Notes under the pieces: model-generated | Databases searched by the model: none | What the model was told of the DNA's origin: nothing | The model's input: the letters and a program-made list of their open reading frames with translations, nothing else | Part shown: positions 48,345 to 60,139 of the stretch, piece by piece | Layout of the letters: each line of letters opens with the position of its first letter | Position numbering within the stretch: position 1 is the stretch's first letter | NCBI GenBank assembly: GCA_050273025.1 | Contig: CP158635.1 | Location: 15,314,001-15,378,000, forward strand | Direction of reading: 5' to 3' | Source: Cenococcum geophilum | Taxonomy: Eukaryota | DNA: 64,000 nt | Program-made: the position numbers and the translations under genes

Positions 48345-50870
48345 ATGACGAGTGAGGAGGCCTCTTCGAAGAACGTTTGCCGAAAGTGTTGTGAGGGAAA
48401 CCAATATAGACCGAAGATTTCGACAGCCATACCATTCCAGTACCAGAAACTGCACGATGGTCAAATACGGTTCGCTACACTCCATCCCGGATGCCCGGAC
48501 TGTGATATCACTATATCACTTCATCATTGGGTTCACGATTTCCATCAGCCAGACACCCTGAAACCCGCGAGGATTCCCAATTTTACAGGGGCGGTTACAC
48601 ATCTGCGCGCCCCACAGCCGAATGAAGATGGTAGCGGAAACTTCAGCAGTACATTTGACCGTCGCATGAGCAATGATACTCAAAGCGTCTCAACTTTTAG
48701 CATACGGTCATCTATTCAACGAAGTTGGTCCTCGAGACTATCTAAGAGCCTCTCCGTGCCACAATATAGGAAAAGTAGCGCCGACTTCGGGTCTAGAAAG
48801 ACGAAAGCTATTCGGCGCAAAAGGAAAAATTCGAAAGAACAAGATCAACCAAACTTGTGGATAACATCAAATCCTGACAATCTTACAGTACAGCATAATA
48901 TAGACCATATCCCTCCTTTTAATCTAAAGTACGGATTCCCGGTTTTCGACCATCGAGGTGTAACAACTCATTTCTTACTCACCGGAGCAATTGAGGGTGA
49001 GCCCTTCTTTGAATACCGCGCTGCGGTCACTTATGAGGCCCTGTCTTATACCTGGGGAGATGCAACGCCGACTGAGTCTATCTTTTGTGATGGCACTCTC
49101 CTTCGCATACCTAAGAACCTTTTTAATGCACTTCAGCATTTGCGTTTGAGGAACTGCCCACGATTCTTATGGATTGATGCAATATGCATCAACCAGAGTG
49201 ATATCGAGGAGCGTAATCATCAAGTACAAATAATGAAGTACATTTATCAACATGCTGGAAAGGTTCCCATCTGGCTAGGAGTAGCAGACATGTACACTAA
49301 ACGCGCTATCACTTGGTTCGATCGATGGGCTAGATTAGCAGAAGACCTCAACGACTTAGGCTTACCACTCTTTCAGAAAAAATACATGGAAGATGATGAG
49401 TGGGTAGTCCCAAAGGGTGCAGACCTCCGGAGTGTGCAAGCATATCTGAAGAGGCCATGGTTCAGTCGAGCATGGACTTTCCAGGAAATTTGTCTTGCAG
49501 CTGACGCTTCAATAATATGTGGAAATCACGAAATGCCATGGGTGACATTTGCAAATGCCTGTTCCACAGCGGAAACCATTGGTCTTGAGCATATTATTTA
49601 CAACCCTAACAGTGGCAATCTACAAATCGTTCTCGAGTATCACGATGCAATGTCAGCAGCAGACACTACCCGCGTTAAAGACGCATTACGACTTTCCAGT
49701 CTTCTGCGGCAGGCGCAGTTCCGCGAAGCGTCGAATGCAAGAGACAGAATCTATTGCTTATTGGGTATGGCATCGAGCAACCAGGAAGACATATACAAAG
49801 TTGATTACTCCCTGTCGGTGGAACAGGTTTACATTCAATTTACGCGCTCCATGCTAAGAGCGGATAAGCACCTTGAGCTCCTATCCGACGCAAGCAGGGG
49901 TGAACAGAGCGCCAGCTTGCCATCGTGGGTCCCCGACTGGCGTCTACCTCTGACAGTCACACCGATATCACAGCGGCTACAAGATGGATCTTCTAGATAC
50001 CATGTAAATCGAGGAGTCCTCGTAGAAGAATTCATTCCCCAAGACGAAGATCACCCAAAATTGTCGTGTAACGGCATTCGAATGGGAAAGATTCACGCAG
50101 TACACAGCCTCCGCGAACTTCTCAAAGATACGGATGTCTCAAAAGTGAGTACTCGTGGATGGCGCTATATTTTTCAGAAATATCAAGGTTTCCTCCGACG
50201 TCTGGGTCTTACTGGGCGTTATGTCTTCACGACTGAGCTGTACACGTTAGCTTTCATTCGAACATTGTCGGCAGATACGCTTCCCATCTCAAAACGTTTG
50301 GACGAGGGTGTCATAGAGAACGAGTTCCCTTGGCACCATATATGGCCGAACACGATGAAGCCGTCGGAATTTCGGAGATATCACATGACACGCTTCGAAT
50401 TTCCCGACGAGATGTCGACAGTTATTCCGAAATGGATAAACCGGATATATGGATCCATGGTGAATTACAATGCCCCAAAGCGCTTTTCGGTCCTTCGGTC
50501 AGTGAAGCAGCTGCGGCCTGGCTTCTCCTACTATCGTGATGACCATAACCTCGATAAAATGACCGAAGAGATTGTGACAGCCATCAACCGCTTAATTGAG
50601 GGAAGGGTCTTTTTCCTAACCGATAGAGGTTATATCGGTATAGGGCCTGCTAACACCCAGCCCGATGATTGCTTGTGCACCCTTGCAGGTGGCGATGTTC
50701 CGTACACGATCAGGCCTACGATGAATGCAAGCGAATATACTTTTATAGGAGAGAGCTATGTTCATGGAATCATGGATGGCGAGTTTTGGAATTTTTGCCA
50801 GCCAAAACATGGACACGTGGACAATCTAAACCAAAAGCTGACGAGAGTTGAGAAAATTATTCTTGTTTAG
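48345..50870 (+). CDS. Heterokaryon-incompatibility HET-domain protein (het-6-like), 841 aa, intronless
   Basis: YEALSYTWG, LWIDAICINQSDIEERNHQVQIMKYIYQHA, RPWFSRAWTFQE, DRIYCLLG, LPSWVPDW and C-terminal GYIGIGP...FIGESYVHGIMDGE. Confidence 0.93.
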   Translation: MTSEEASSKNVCRKCCEGNQYRPKISTAIPFQYQKLHDGQIRFATLHPGCPDCDITISLHHWVHDFHQPDTLKPARIPNFTGAVTHLRAPQPNEDGSGNFSSTFDRRMSNDTQSVSTFSIRSSIQRSWSSRLSKSLSVPQYRKSSADFGSRKTKAIRRKRKNSKEQDQPNLWITSNPDNLTVQHNIDHIPPFNLKYGFPVFDHRGVTTHFLLTGAIEGEPFFEYRAAVTYEALSYTWGDATPTESIFCDGTLLRIPKNLFNALQHLRLRNCPRFLWIDAICINQSDIEERNHQVQIMKYIYQHAGKVPIWLGVADMYTKRAITWFDRWARLAEDLNDLGLPLFQKKYMEDDEWVVPKGADLRSVQAYLKRPWFSRAWTFQEICLAADASIICGNHEMPWVTFANACSTAETIGLEHIIYNPNSGNLQIVLEYHDAMSAADTTRVKDALRLSSLLRQAQFREASNARDRIYCLLGMASSNQEDIYKVDYSLSVEQVYIQFTRSMLRADKHLELLSDASRGEQSASLPSWVPDWRLPLTVTPISQRLQDGSSRYHVNRGVLVEEFIPQDEDHPKLSCNGIRMGKIHAVHSLRELLKDTDVSKVSTRGWRYIFQKYQGFLRRLGLTGRYVFTTELYTLAFIRTLSADTLPISKRLDEGVIENEFPWHHIWPNTMKPSEFRRYHMTRFEFPDEMSTVIPKWINRIYGSMVNYNAPKRFSVLRSVKQLRPGFSYYRDDHNLDKMTEEIVTAINRLIEGRVFFLTDRGYIGIGPANTQPDDCLCTLAGGDVPYTIRPTMNASEYTFIGESYVHGIMDGEFWNFCQPKHGHVDNLNQKLTRVEKIILV

Positions 50871-51367
50871 CTTTATTCTGGCTCAAGACCCCCTCTAAGA
50901 ACTCATATTCAACCCCGGCTATGAATCGGCAAGGCGCTCGGTGATCTTGGTTGAAGCCAAAGCTCTTTAGGTGGTGATTTTTAAGCTTCATTAGTTTCCA
51001 AAGACGGTCGGGCTTTGTCCATTTCGATGTTCGATGCCGTAGAAAATTGTCAAAGACCTCGGCCGTGAAAGAGAATAGGCGCAACTACATAGCAAAGAGC
51101 ATGGCTTGACTTTTAAGGACTTAAAGGGTAAGCGCTTTAATGGCCGCAGTATTCTAATATGGTAGGTTTGTTGGTAGGGGGGGGCTGGGGCATCCACAGG
51201 AGCTTCCTTAGGTCACGTGATCATCGCTTAGCTAGTATATAGAGTCGTCCCGAAGGGACGACTCCACCTTATGGAGTCCACACTATCATACACCTGCATT
51301 CCCGTGTGACAGGTTTTATAGGTGAGGGTGGTAGCTAGGGGTGAGAGCGGTGACAGGGGTGACACGC

Positions 51368-52050
51368 TGTAAGGGATATTATTGCAGTTGCCCTCAGGAC
51401 AACCCCCGGACCCTCGGATGGTCGTCGGGCACGTGCCCGTAGTATATAGTCTCCACGATCCCAGAGGCCTTACCTCCTTAAGGATTTGTCTCCTCTACAA
51501 TCTATCCTGTTCCTACAATCGTGCCTTATAGCCCCCTGTCTACAAAGTCCCCTTATATTTAAATACTTTATACTCCTTTTAGAAGGGCAGTCGGCTCTAG
51601 AGAATTAGATTATTTATTTACTTATTAATTAATTTTTACTCTTTTTTATACTTTTTTTTAATAACTATTATAATATATATAAATAGTTTTAAAAGGATAT
51701 TAAATAGACTCTCTTTAATCAATTTACTTATCTTTAAGTATATATTTATAAGAGGCTAATATAACACCCTATAAAGGAATATAAGCTTATAAAGCTATTT
51801 ATATAATATAATTAAAAGCTTTACTCTACCTATATCAAGGCATAGTGGGGCTTTACTAGATCTATTACTAAATATACCTTATAAATCTTATAATAGTAAA
51901 AATTGAAAGAGATCTTGTAGAGTTTTAAAAACTCTATTTAGTTACTCTATCTATTCTATAGAAGAGATAAATACTAGCTCTCTTATATGAAGTGATTTAA
52001 TTCTAAAGACTAAGTGTATATAGTAATTATATAGCAAAATTGACAGCTTC
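51368..52050. mobile_element. LTR-like unit (51368-51557) followed by an AT-rich RIP-degraded relic
   Basis: TGTAAGGG...CCCTTATA inverted termini (TG...CA with one transition), internal TATATA, then very TpA-rich sequence. No TSD found. Confidence 0.55.
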
Positions 52051-52067
52051 TACGACCTCGTAGCCTT

Positions 52068-52148
52068 GATCATGGAGCCTTGATCCTATCGATTCTATTG
52101 GCTAGATCTTATCGATAACTGTGGGACACATTTCGCCAGGACAAGGTA
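52068..52148. mobile_element. Partial copy 3 of the 'TTATCGATAAG' MITE family
   Basis: GGAGCCTTGATCCTATCGATTCTATTGGCTAGATCTTATCGATAACTGTGGGACACATTT aligns with the reverse complement of about 23545-23605, differing mostly by transitions. Confidence 0.7.
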
Positions 52149-53080
52149 TATCCCAAGGACTCAATGAATTGGAGATATCCGCAATGGTGCCTTGCTCGCA
52201 TTATTGATTGGATCTCTGTATCTTTCGGAGCCATCGTTGGTTGAGCGGAGAGGTTGGGTAGCTCTCAGTAACGCCCATTTCCTGATCCTTTGACGGCTCT
52301 GAGAAGCTGGTGCCCCGATAATCCCAGCGAAACTGCGGTTGCGTTATTAAAATACATCTTTGGGACAAGCTAACATACAGCTGGGACGGACCCTCTCAAA
52401 CAGCACCGTTGAGTTTGAAGATCATCAGAAAGTCGTTTCTCCCGGATAGCATGCGCAAAACCGTTTACTTCACTGTGCAGACGCTTTTGAGTGCATATTA
52501 CTGCTGATCAGTGCATATTATTGCTGATCAGTGCATGAAACCTGCTATTAGTGCACGGAACTTGCCATAATAAAGTACAGGCATTCTGCTTTGCCCCGTA
52601 ATTGATCGGCCCCAAGCTGTATTTACTATACACTCTTTTGCTTATGTTATCTTAGTTGCGTATTGCATTCATGCCCCGTCAGTGTACCCGTCATCTCCAG
52701 TTCCCATGCCACATTTGTCCTTCCCACCTAATATGCACAGATTCAATCACACCAGTACTAACTCAAAGAATGAATAAGCTTACGATATGAAAACACAAGG
52801 AATGGGGTGAACCGCTTAAAGCAAAGCATGATTAGTCTATCACTCACGAGATCTAGAATTTCGTGGAATTATGGATTGGATAGTTTACTAGCTAAATACT
52901 TCATGTTGATGCCTATCTAGCTTCATCATAAAAATACCATTCGTCTAAAGGCTTTGAGAAAAGTCAACCTGCCACTCCGGCAATGCCGCAAAAGGGGAAA
53001 CCCAAACCCAAAACCTTTGTAGCATTCGTCGGTCCTTACCCTGAGCCGTTCAGCCTCCAGATAGCGCCTGGATTCCTTGC

Positions 53081-55546
53081 TCAATCAAGTTTTTCCCTAA
53101 TCTCCGCTACTACATTCTTGACTCTGGGCTCCTTCACCTTCTCCTCCGCCCTCGCGACCGCCTCCTCGATATCGAACACGTCTCTCGCTGCCTCACAGAA
53201 ATCTTTGCCGAGACAGAGTAACGTGCCGGCAGCCACTAGCGCCCGATACACGGCCTCGGAATCTGTCGCCGACATCAGCATCCGAGTCAGATCGTCGAGC
53301 AGCGTAAGCGCGCGGTCAGCATTAGATGTCGTTGATAGCAGAACGGCGTAATTAATATATATGGTTGTTAGGGCGATAACGAGGGTTCGAGCGGAGCTCG
53401 TGATGAAAGGTTTGATGAGGGCGTGGATGGCTTCGAATTCGTGATCCGCCACCGCACGGCCTTCTTCTGTCTTGAAGAGGTTGCTGAAGGCGCGGGCAGC
53501 CAGCATGGTGTTGTTTGGAGGACCTGCAGGCTCAAAGACTCCGGAACCTGCGAGAAGAGCGACTAGTGATTCGCCAGCTGGGGACTGGTAGGCAGCTGTC
53601 TTGCTTGAGGCGGCGGCCAGAACGCGGAGCAGGTCGAGGCCAGGAAGGCGCTTGTCCTGGGGCCAGGCTGTGGCGATTTTGAGAACGACATCGATGCCTG
53701 TAGGGTCGATGTTCTTGGTTAAACCTTTCTCAAGGTGCGTGATGGTTGACTCTAGCACTTCAAGGTCGGAAGGATTAAGAGAAAGGTCTTTGGAGCCTTC
53801 GCCGATGATTTGTTGATTGAATTCTTGAATTTTCTTATATATGGTCTTGAGATTTGCTGTGGTAATATCGAGATATTCCTTTTGTGGAAGCACTTTAGGC
53901 CGAGCTGCTGGAGGTTGCTGCGGAGCAGGTGATGCTTCACCAGGTCGGTATCGCGACTCTGTACCCCAAGGGTCTGCGCCAGGAACGTGACTTTGAGACC
54001 CACTGGCCTGACCAATTGTTGCACCCTGTGTGTTTTGTACAATGAAATTTGTGACTTGGTCTAGATATGTGATTGGAAGTTTATTGGTTTCGCAAAATTT
54101 GCGAGCTACTTCGTAAGGATTTTGAGAAAGGTTGTAAGGTAATTTTAGCGGTGGTTTACCATCCTCGATATCGACATCGAAGACATAATCGTAGTCCTTT
54201 CCCTCGTGAGTGATTTTCCTGCCGCTGCTTCCAGCAGCGTCAACAACAGTTCCGACACTGATCCATGTATTAGCTGCTGTTGACCACTGATATGCGGAGA
54301 CATTCCCGTTTGTCTCTTTAATCATTTGGACTTGTCCTTCCTTTGTCCCTGACTTTTGCTTTAGGAATTCGGGTCCAGGTAGCTGCTCTTTATTGATATT
54401 TCCTACTTGCTGTTGCGGTATTGCTGATCCTTTCACTGAGTCCTCAAAAGCCTGAATCACGGCAGGTTCAGCGTGTCGATCTTTTGATTTGCTAAAGATC
54501 CGAACCATACGGTCGCTAGCTCCTGTGACAATGTCTCCGTTCTCGGGACATGCGGCAACAGACCAAACTGAAATAGCCGGGTGCGTAATCGTTTGAATGC
54601 ATTGCTGATTGTTCCATATCCGGGCTGTCCGATCCTCTGACGAGCTGACCAGCTGGCCGTCGGGTAGAGCTGTCAAAGAGTATATGAAGTTCTCGTGCCC
54701 ATGTAGCTGGCAGATCTCACGGCCATTGATGGTCCATAATCGGATTATAGCATCGTTTCCGGCAGAAGCAAAGTGCGCCCCTGTTGCGTGCTTCAGTGGT
54801 AGCCTGCATAAGGCTCTGACAACGTCCTGGGTCTTGATGGTTCGGATGGTCCTGCCGGAGGGATGAAACAAACGAATGATTGTATCGGCGCAGGCTGTGC
54901 TCCTATCAGTAAGACTGTGCCTCTTGCGTCGCACAATGACAGAAGTGGAACTGTGTGGTTTTCCCCCTACCTGTAATGATCATTTCCTTATCGTACGCGA
55001 GAACAGCCCAAACCGCAGCTGTGTGTCCTTGCAACACTGTGGAAGTCTCCCATTTGCCTACTTGCCAAAGTCGAGCATCATTGTCCCAGCTGCCGCTGAT
55101 TATAAACTTCCCATCCTCACTGACGTCTAAGGCACAGACATTGGCGGCATGACCTAGCAGAAGGGCATCTGCATTATCTTGTGGAGTCTTAGCCGGCTGC
55201 TTAACTTCTATTACGGTATCCTGGCCTCCGGATACAATGAGACCGTCTGGATATTCTGAGGAAGGTGGAACGAAGGCTAGGGAGTTGATGAAGGCGGTAC
55301 CGTGCGACGTGAGGGTGTGGTCATAGGTTGGCGGGGTATGGGACAGCAATTTCCATAACCGCACAGTTGCATCTCTTGAAGCAGAGACAACAAAACTGGA
55401 GTGTGGAAATGCAACACTTCGAACCTGGAGAATACGCGATTAACATGGAATGAACGTCTTGGCGGAAGACAAAGAGGCCTTGCAGCAGCGGAGCTTACGT
55501 CGTCTTCGTGGCCTTGCAGCGAGGCGGAGAGCTTGTAGTCGCCCAT
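53081..55546 (-). CDS. DOA1: Ubiquitin homeostasis protein Doa1/Ufd3 (PLAA): WD40-PFU-PUL, 3 exons
   Basis: MGDYKLSASLQGHEDDV|R, WD repeats, KSGTKEGQVQM, PFU motif YDYVFDVDIEDGKPPLKLPYN..NPY and PUL motif RLPGLDLLR. Confidence 0.95.
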
Positions 55547-57259
55547 GGATGCACAAGAGCAAGATTTGTGGGCTGATGCGGAGGAAGAAAAGTCAGATTT
55601 TTGGACTAGAGGGGCTTTCCATGCATTTACTGTGACGGTGATTGTAGCAGCATCGGCGGCATCGGCAGCATCAGCAGGTGCTGTGGTGGAGCTCGGTCGG
55701 TGCTCTGTGCTCTCCGGGTGGTGTCGTGCAGCTGCGGTGCGCCAAGCCCAGCGAATGTCGTCGATTACTCAAAGTGGAACCAGTCCCAAGCGCTTCACAT
55801 GAGCAGGCCCAACCTTTTTTCGCCCTGTACTACTGAAAATTGTCGGCCATCAGGAACCGCCGACCCCCGGCTTGGTACACTTCAAGGTTTGGCACGAGGG
55901 ACGGATGGCTTAGCGTTAATCGTTGTCTATCAAGCCATCTTATTCTTTGCAGTTGTATCTCTGTGTGGATACTAATGTGACTTCGGTAGTGGGAGAATCT
56001 TAAGCGAAGCAAGCCTTTGCTTGGTCAAGAAAGCTGTGAAAAGCTCCTCGGCATAATTAATTCATAGTGAAGGTTTTCAAGAGCCTGTCCAAACTGTAAA
56101 ATGTTGTGGCAACAAACTAAACAGATGACGACTGTACGCTATCTCTGCCCCCCTTTCCCGCGCGTGGGATAGTAGATTCCGAGAGGCCTTCGATGGCTTC
56201 GATGGCTTCTATGGCTTCGCTGGCTTCCTCGTTTGCCAAGGCCAAGACGGGATCAAACCGACTTCATGGAGAAAAGAGCACAAAAGGAGAAACGATCGTC
56301 CAGATACGATTCAAGAACCTCGTGGTGGCTACCTCGCTGTGGCTCCAGAGCTTCGAAAAGAGGGCATCGCCAGCACGCGGAGGTCGTTGGTGCTGTCGAT
56401 GGAATTACCACGCCCTCCAACCGCACTTGGACCCCTTCCTGCATGGGAATTGGAAGGAGAATAAAGAAAATCGCCCCGATAACCAGCTGTATGTGGTGCG
56501 TCTGTCTGTGGTAGCGACTGCACATGCCTACACACACCTGTCACGCAACGCCCTGCGCTTTGCCTGCTAGCTGCGTTTTCGGGGCGTGGTACGTCTCGCC
56601 ACAGTCCTCGATCTAGTACAGTGCGAAAAGCTGCAGCTAGATTTTTGACGCGCCTCTTCGCCTGACCACCCCTGGTTTCGTCCGCCCGCCTCATGCTCTG
56701 TCCACATGTTCGTGGTGTTGATACCCGTGGGATGCTCTAGAACGGTACCATCCCCAGCAAACTAGCGCCCGCCCTCTCCGCGACTGGAGACAAACCCGTT
56801 GCGCGTCAGCTCTGGTCTTTTGGGCTAATTGCAGAAGCCTTAACGGCGCATCACCCGAATGCTCAATTGGGACTACCGCTCCAGAATTCGACAGGGTACA
56901 AGACGAAGCCCTCTTCTCCCTTGTTTTGTTTCTTCCCGGTCAAGAAACTTTCATATCTACTCTTCCTGTCCGTGTTCTATTTTGGCTGAAGTCCGCAATC
57001 CTGCTCAGCCATCAATTTATTGTTGTGGCATTTCCGCTGCCATAAGCACGTCGGTCTCCGTGCGCTGACTACACCCATACTTGCCGTAAACCCAGAAGCA
57101 AGCTATTGTTATTTTCTATTGATCGGTGATCGTCTTTCCTTAAAAGAAATTCTGGATCTTGTTTAAAAAGATCTCTGATCACTTCTCTTCCCATTCTTAT
57201 ACCAAGATCCTGATTGCCTCTTCCGCGTTGCTCTCAACTCAATTCACACAACATAAAAT

Positions 57260-58649
57260 ATGGACACACCTAACAATGAGTTGATGTCGGCTCTTGCTAC
57301 GTACGTTCCGACCTACCCAACGACTTCCAATGGCTAATTATTATCCAGGCTGCTTGAAGCTGGCAAATACTCTGACCTCACAATTGTTTGCGGAATGAAA
57401 CGATATGCTGTCCACCGTGCAATTGTCTGCTCGCGATCCGGATTCTTCGACGGAGCATGCAGCAGTCCGTTTCGAGAAGCGGAAACTGGTATCATCGACC
57501 TCAGCGAAGACGACCCGGAGGCTGTTGAGCACATGGTCAACTGTATGAGACCTCATATATTCCAACAAGACTTGAAGCCATCGGCAGCATTACTGACAAT
57601 TTCGCCTGCAGACTTCTACCATCTCGATTACCTTAACAAGCTTAAATCTCGCCGCTCGTCCTACCGCTCTTCTCGCCCCGCATCACCAATCAGTCCACGC
57701 AGCCCAACTCGGCGACGATCGAAAAAACTGAACCTCGCGCTCGTGGAAGATCCGCTCCTAGCAATGGCAGCGGCTAGTGCCGCAGCGAATCCGCTGACAC
57801 CACCAGATGAGCAAATCAACCAATTTGAAATGTTTGACTCGTCAAAGCTCCCTGATACGCCTATGGAGGATCAATATACAGAGGAAGATCCATTTGAGAA
57901 CGCGTTCGCGGACCAGGTGCCGGACAGCACGCAACCACACCTCGTCACGCACGCCAAGGTGTATGCGATCGCAGAAAAGTGAGTGCATAATTTATTTTTC
58001 CTTGCAAAATGCTTCTCGAGAAGCATCCATGATTTTTACCGCCCCCACAATTCCTGTTTAGCCTGCCCACTGCGTCGGTCACCGACCCCGCGACGTGCGT
58101 CAGCTTCCTAGTCAGCTTCTGGTATCGGATGCCAATCAAATCGTCGACGCACGCACCATCTTGTCAGATCCGCCAAGCCACGCCCGACCCTTCCCCACCA
58201 TCCAATACCCATTCAATTCCTTTCCAGGTCGCACATAGGCCACGCCCAATTCACGCCCAACTCACCCAATAGCAACACCATGATTCACACCCCTTCGCAC
58301 TGCAGACCCTGAAACCGCCCAATACGTCATCTTACCGTACTTCATCCCAGTTCACCTCGACTAACTTTTCTTTTGCAGATACGGCATAGCGGGTCTCAAG
58401 TCTCTCGCACGCCGCAAGTTCTCTTTCCAGATCGCGCTCCACTTCAGCTGTCCAGAGTTCCCAGAAGCCTGCCAGGAGGCGTATGAAACGACTATTGACT
58501 CAGACCGTGGGCTGCGGGACTTGGTTATCCAGACCTTCCGTGCACACCCGGATCTTGCTCTTCGAAAGGATATGGAGGAGGTTGTCAAGGCGACGCCGAA
58601 TTTGGCGTGGGAGTTGTTCAGGGTCGGGTGGGGGATGCCAGTGCACTGA
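57260..58649 (+). CDS. BTB/POZ domain protein, 4 exons
   Basis: MDTPNNELMSALAT|LLEAGKYSDLTIVCG..YAVHRAIVCSRSGFFDGAC..FREAETGIIDLSEDDPEAVEHMVN|YFYHLDY...HAKVYAIAEK|YGIAGLKSLARRKF...DRGLRD...; 400-nt last intron. Confidence 0.9.
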
Positions 58650-59244
58650 GTGAGAAGTTGAGATTCGCAGCGCCCAAGCCAAAAAAATAAAAATAAAGGC
58701 ACACAAAATTATTGAAGAAGCTGGGCTGGCCCATTTTACTATACACTACACTCCGTGCCTGTTAGAGCATGACAGGAGAGGAATACTTTAGGGCTTATCG
58801 CTATAGAGGGACCGAGCAGCCTCGGATTGGGAACAGGAATGGATACGCATCGCAGCCAGGACGGCGCGAATGCTCGGCGTTGTCGTATCGGCATTTTCTG
58901 AAGATGACAGGCTTCGTCTTTCAGATGGAACAATAGGATTTCCTTGGTTTCGGTCGTTTTCGGGTATGATACCACCTCACCAGTCTCTACTAGAAACTTT
59001 TCTCTTGGTAGCTTGTAAATTCTCAAATATGTTTTACTGGATTATCAACGTCAGCTTCAGATTACCAAGTAATGAGTGCCGCTACTGCTATATAGGACAT
59101 TGCCGCGGTTTGTTCCGCAACTTCATTAAAATGACGAGCTAACCACTCTTCCCATGCGAAGCTGTTTCCTTATCTCCCCATATTTTATTTCACTTATCTC
59201 ACTCCTTCCAGAATGACTTCATCTGTGTTCACCTCGCTCAAGGA

Positions 59245-59468
59245 CATCCCAGTCTGTCCCCGCATGCAAGGGGCAAAAGCGGTAGCGGTCGCCCATTCCG
59301 GGTCAGCGCTAAGGATTTTCCCGGTTCAAGCCCGTCTCCCAAAGCAGGAACGACGGCAAGGGTGGCACGGGGCTCCAACGCTTTTACCCTGCGGGCGCGC
59401 ACGCGGGGTCCCCGCTGCTTGGGAACGGAGTAGATGGACCGGAGTTCAGTGCGTAATAAATCGGGATG
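59245..59468 (+). ncRNA. Candidate structured non-coding RNA (long rod ending in a Y junction), class unknown
   Basis: Six nested helices visible by eye, with G-U pairs favouring the + strand, and a B-box-like GGTTCAAGCC at 59323. Confidence 0.35.
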
Positions 59469-59947
59469 AAGGATTATGCAAGTAGGATGATAGATGGGGC
59501 GTAAGATCGGTGGCATTAGACTTTCTAGAAAGCAGGGCCTGGGAGCTACTCCATGACATCGCTAGAAAAGGGGAATGATAGAACACCGAAGTGGCCACAT
59601 ACAGCGACGACGGATCAGAACAGTTAGGCTATACCTGCAAAAGTAAGAAGCACACTCTGCCCTGTAAAGCGTTGCAGAGGAATGCAAGCAGATGGTTAAT
59701 GCCTCGCTTCCGAGAGAAACAGACGCATTGATCGCAAACTGGAAGGAGTAGAAAGAACCAGGAACAAGTAGCTGTTACGCAAAACCTTATTCGTACTCGT
59801 ATGCAAGTTTCAGCCCTCCATCAATCAGAAGCCCTGGAATGTTTCAGTAAGTATTCCGTTGGATACACTTATTTTAGTTTAAAGAATATCCGGTCTCGTA
59901 TCAAAGTACCAAATAATTGTTAGAACTAAATGGAGGTGACTGCAGCA

Positions 59948-60086
59948 TCCCTTGCAACGGCACAATTCATCCTATGGTTATCGATAAGAACCAGCCCAAT
60001 AGAACCAATAGGATTAAGTTGGGATGCCCAATTGTTATTTCGCCAATGCATGGATCACTTGCTGGTAGGACGCTACTTGCATGGGA
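59948..60086. mobile_element. MITE copy 4 of the 'TTATCGATAAG' family
   Basis: TCCCTTGCAA...TCCTATGGTTATCGATAAGAACCAGCCCAATAGAA...GTAGGACGCTACTTGCATGGGA|ta. Confidence 0.65.
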
Positions 60087-60139
60087 TAGAAACCTCACCT
60101 TTCTGCTGAAACAGTGTTTTCAAATCCTAATCCCGCTTA

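Noticed and set aside
43300..52500. Possible Starship or other giant element carrying the HET gene
   Set aside because: No DUF3435 tyrosine recombinase or bounding direct repeats were seen; the region is explained by small nested elements.
52490..52557. ~20-bp repeats (GTGCATATTACTGCTGATCA) as a possible CRISPR-like array
   Set aside because: Head-to-tail tandem copies without spacers in a eukaryote; an ordinary minisatellite.
59270..59342. tRNA-like GGTTCAAGCCC
   Set aside because: The T-stem pairs only 3 of 5, and no cloverleaf or acceptor stem can be built.
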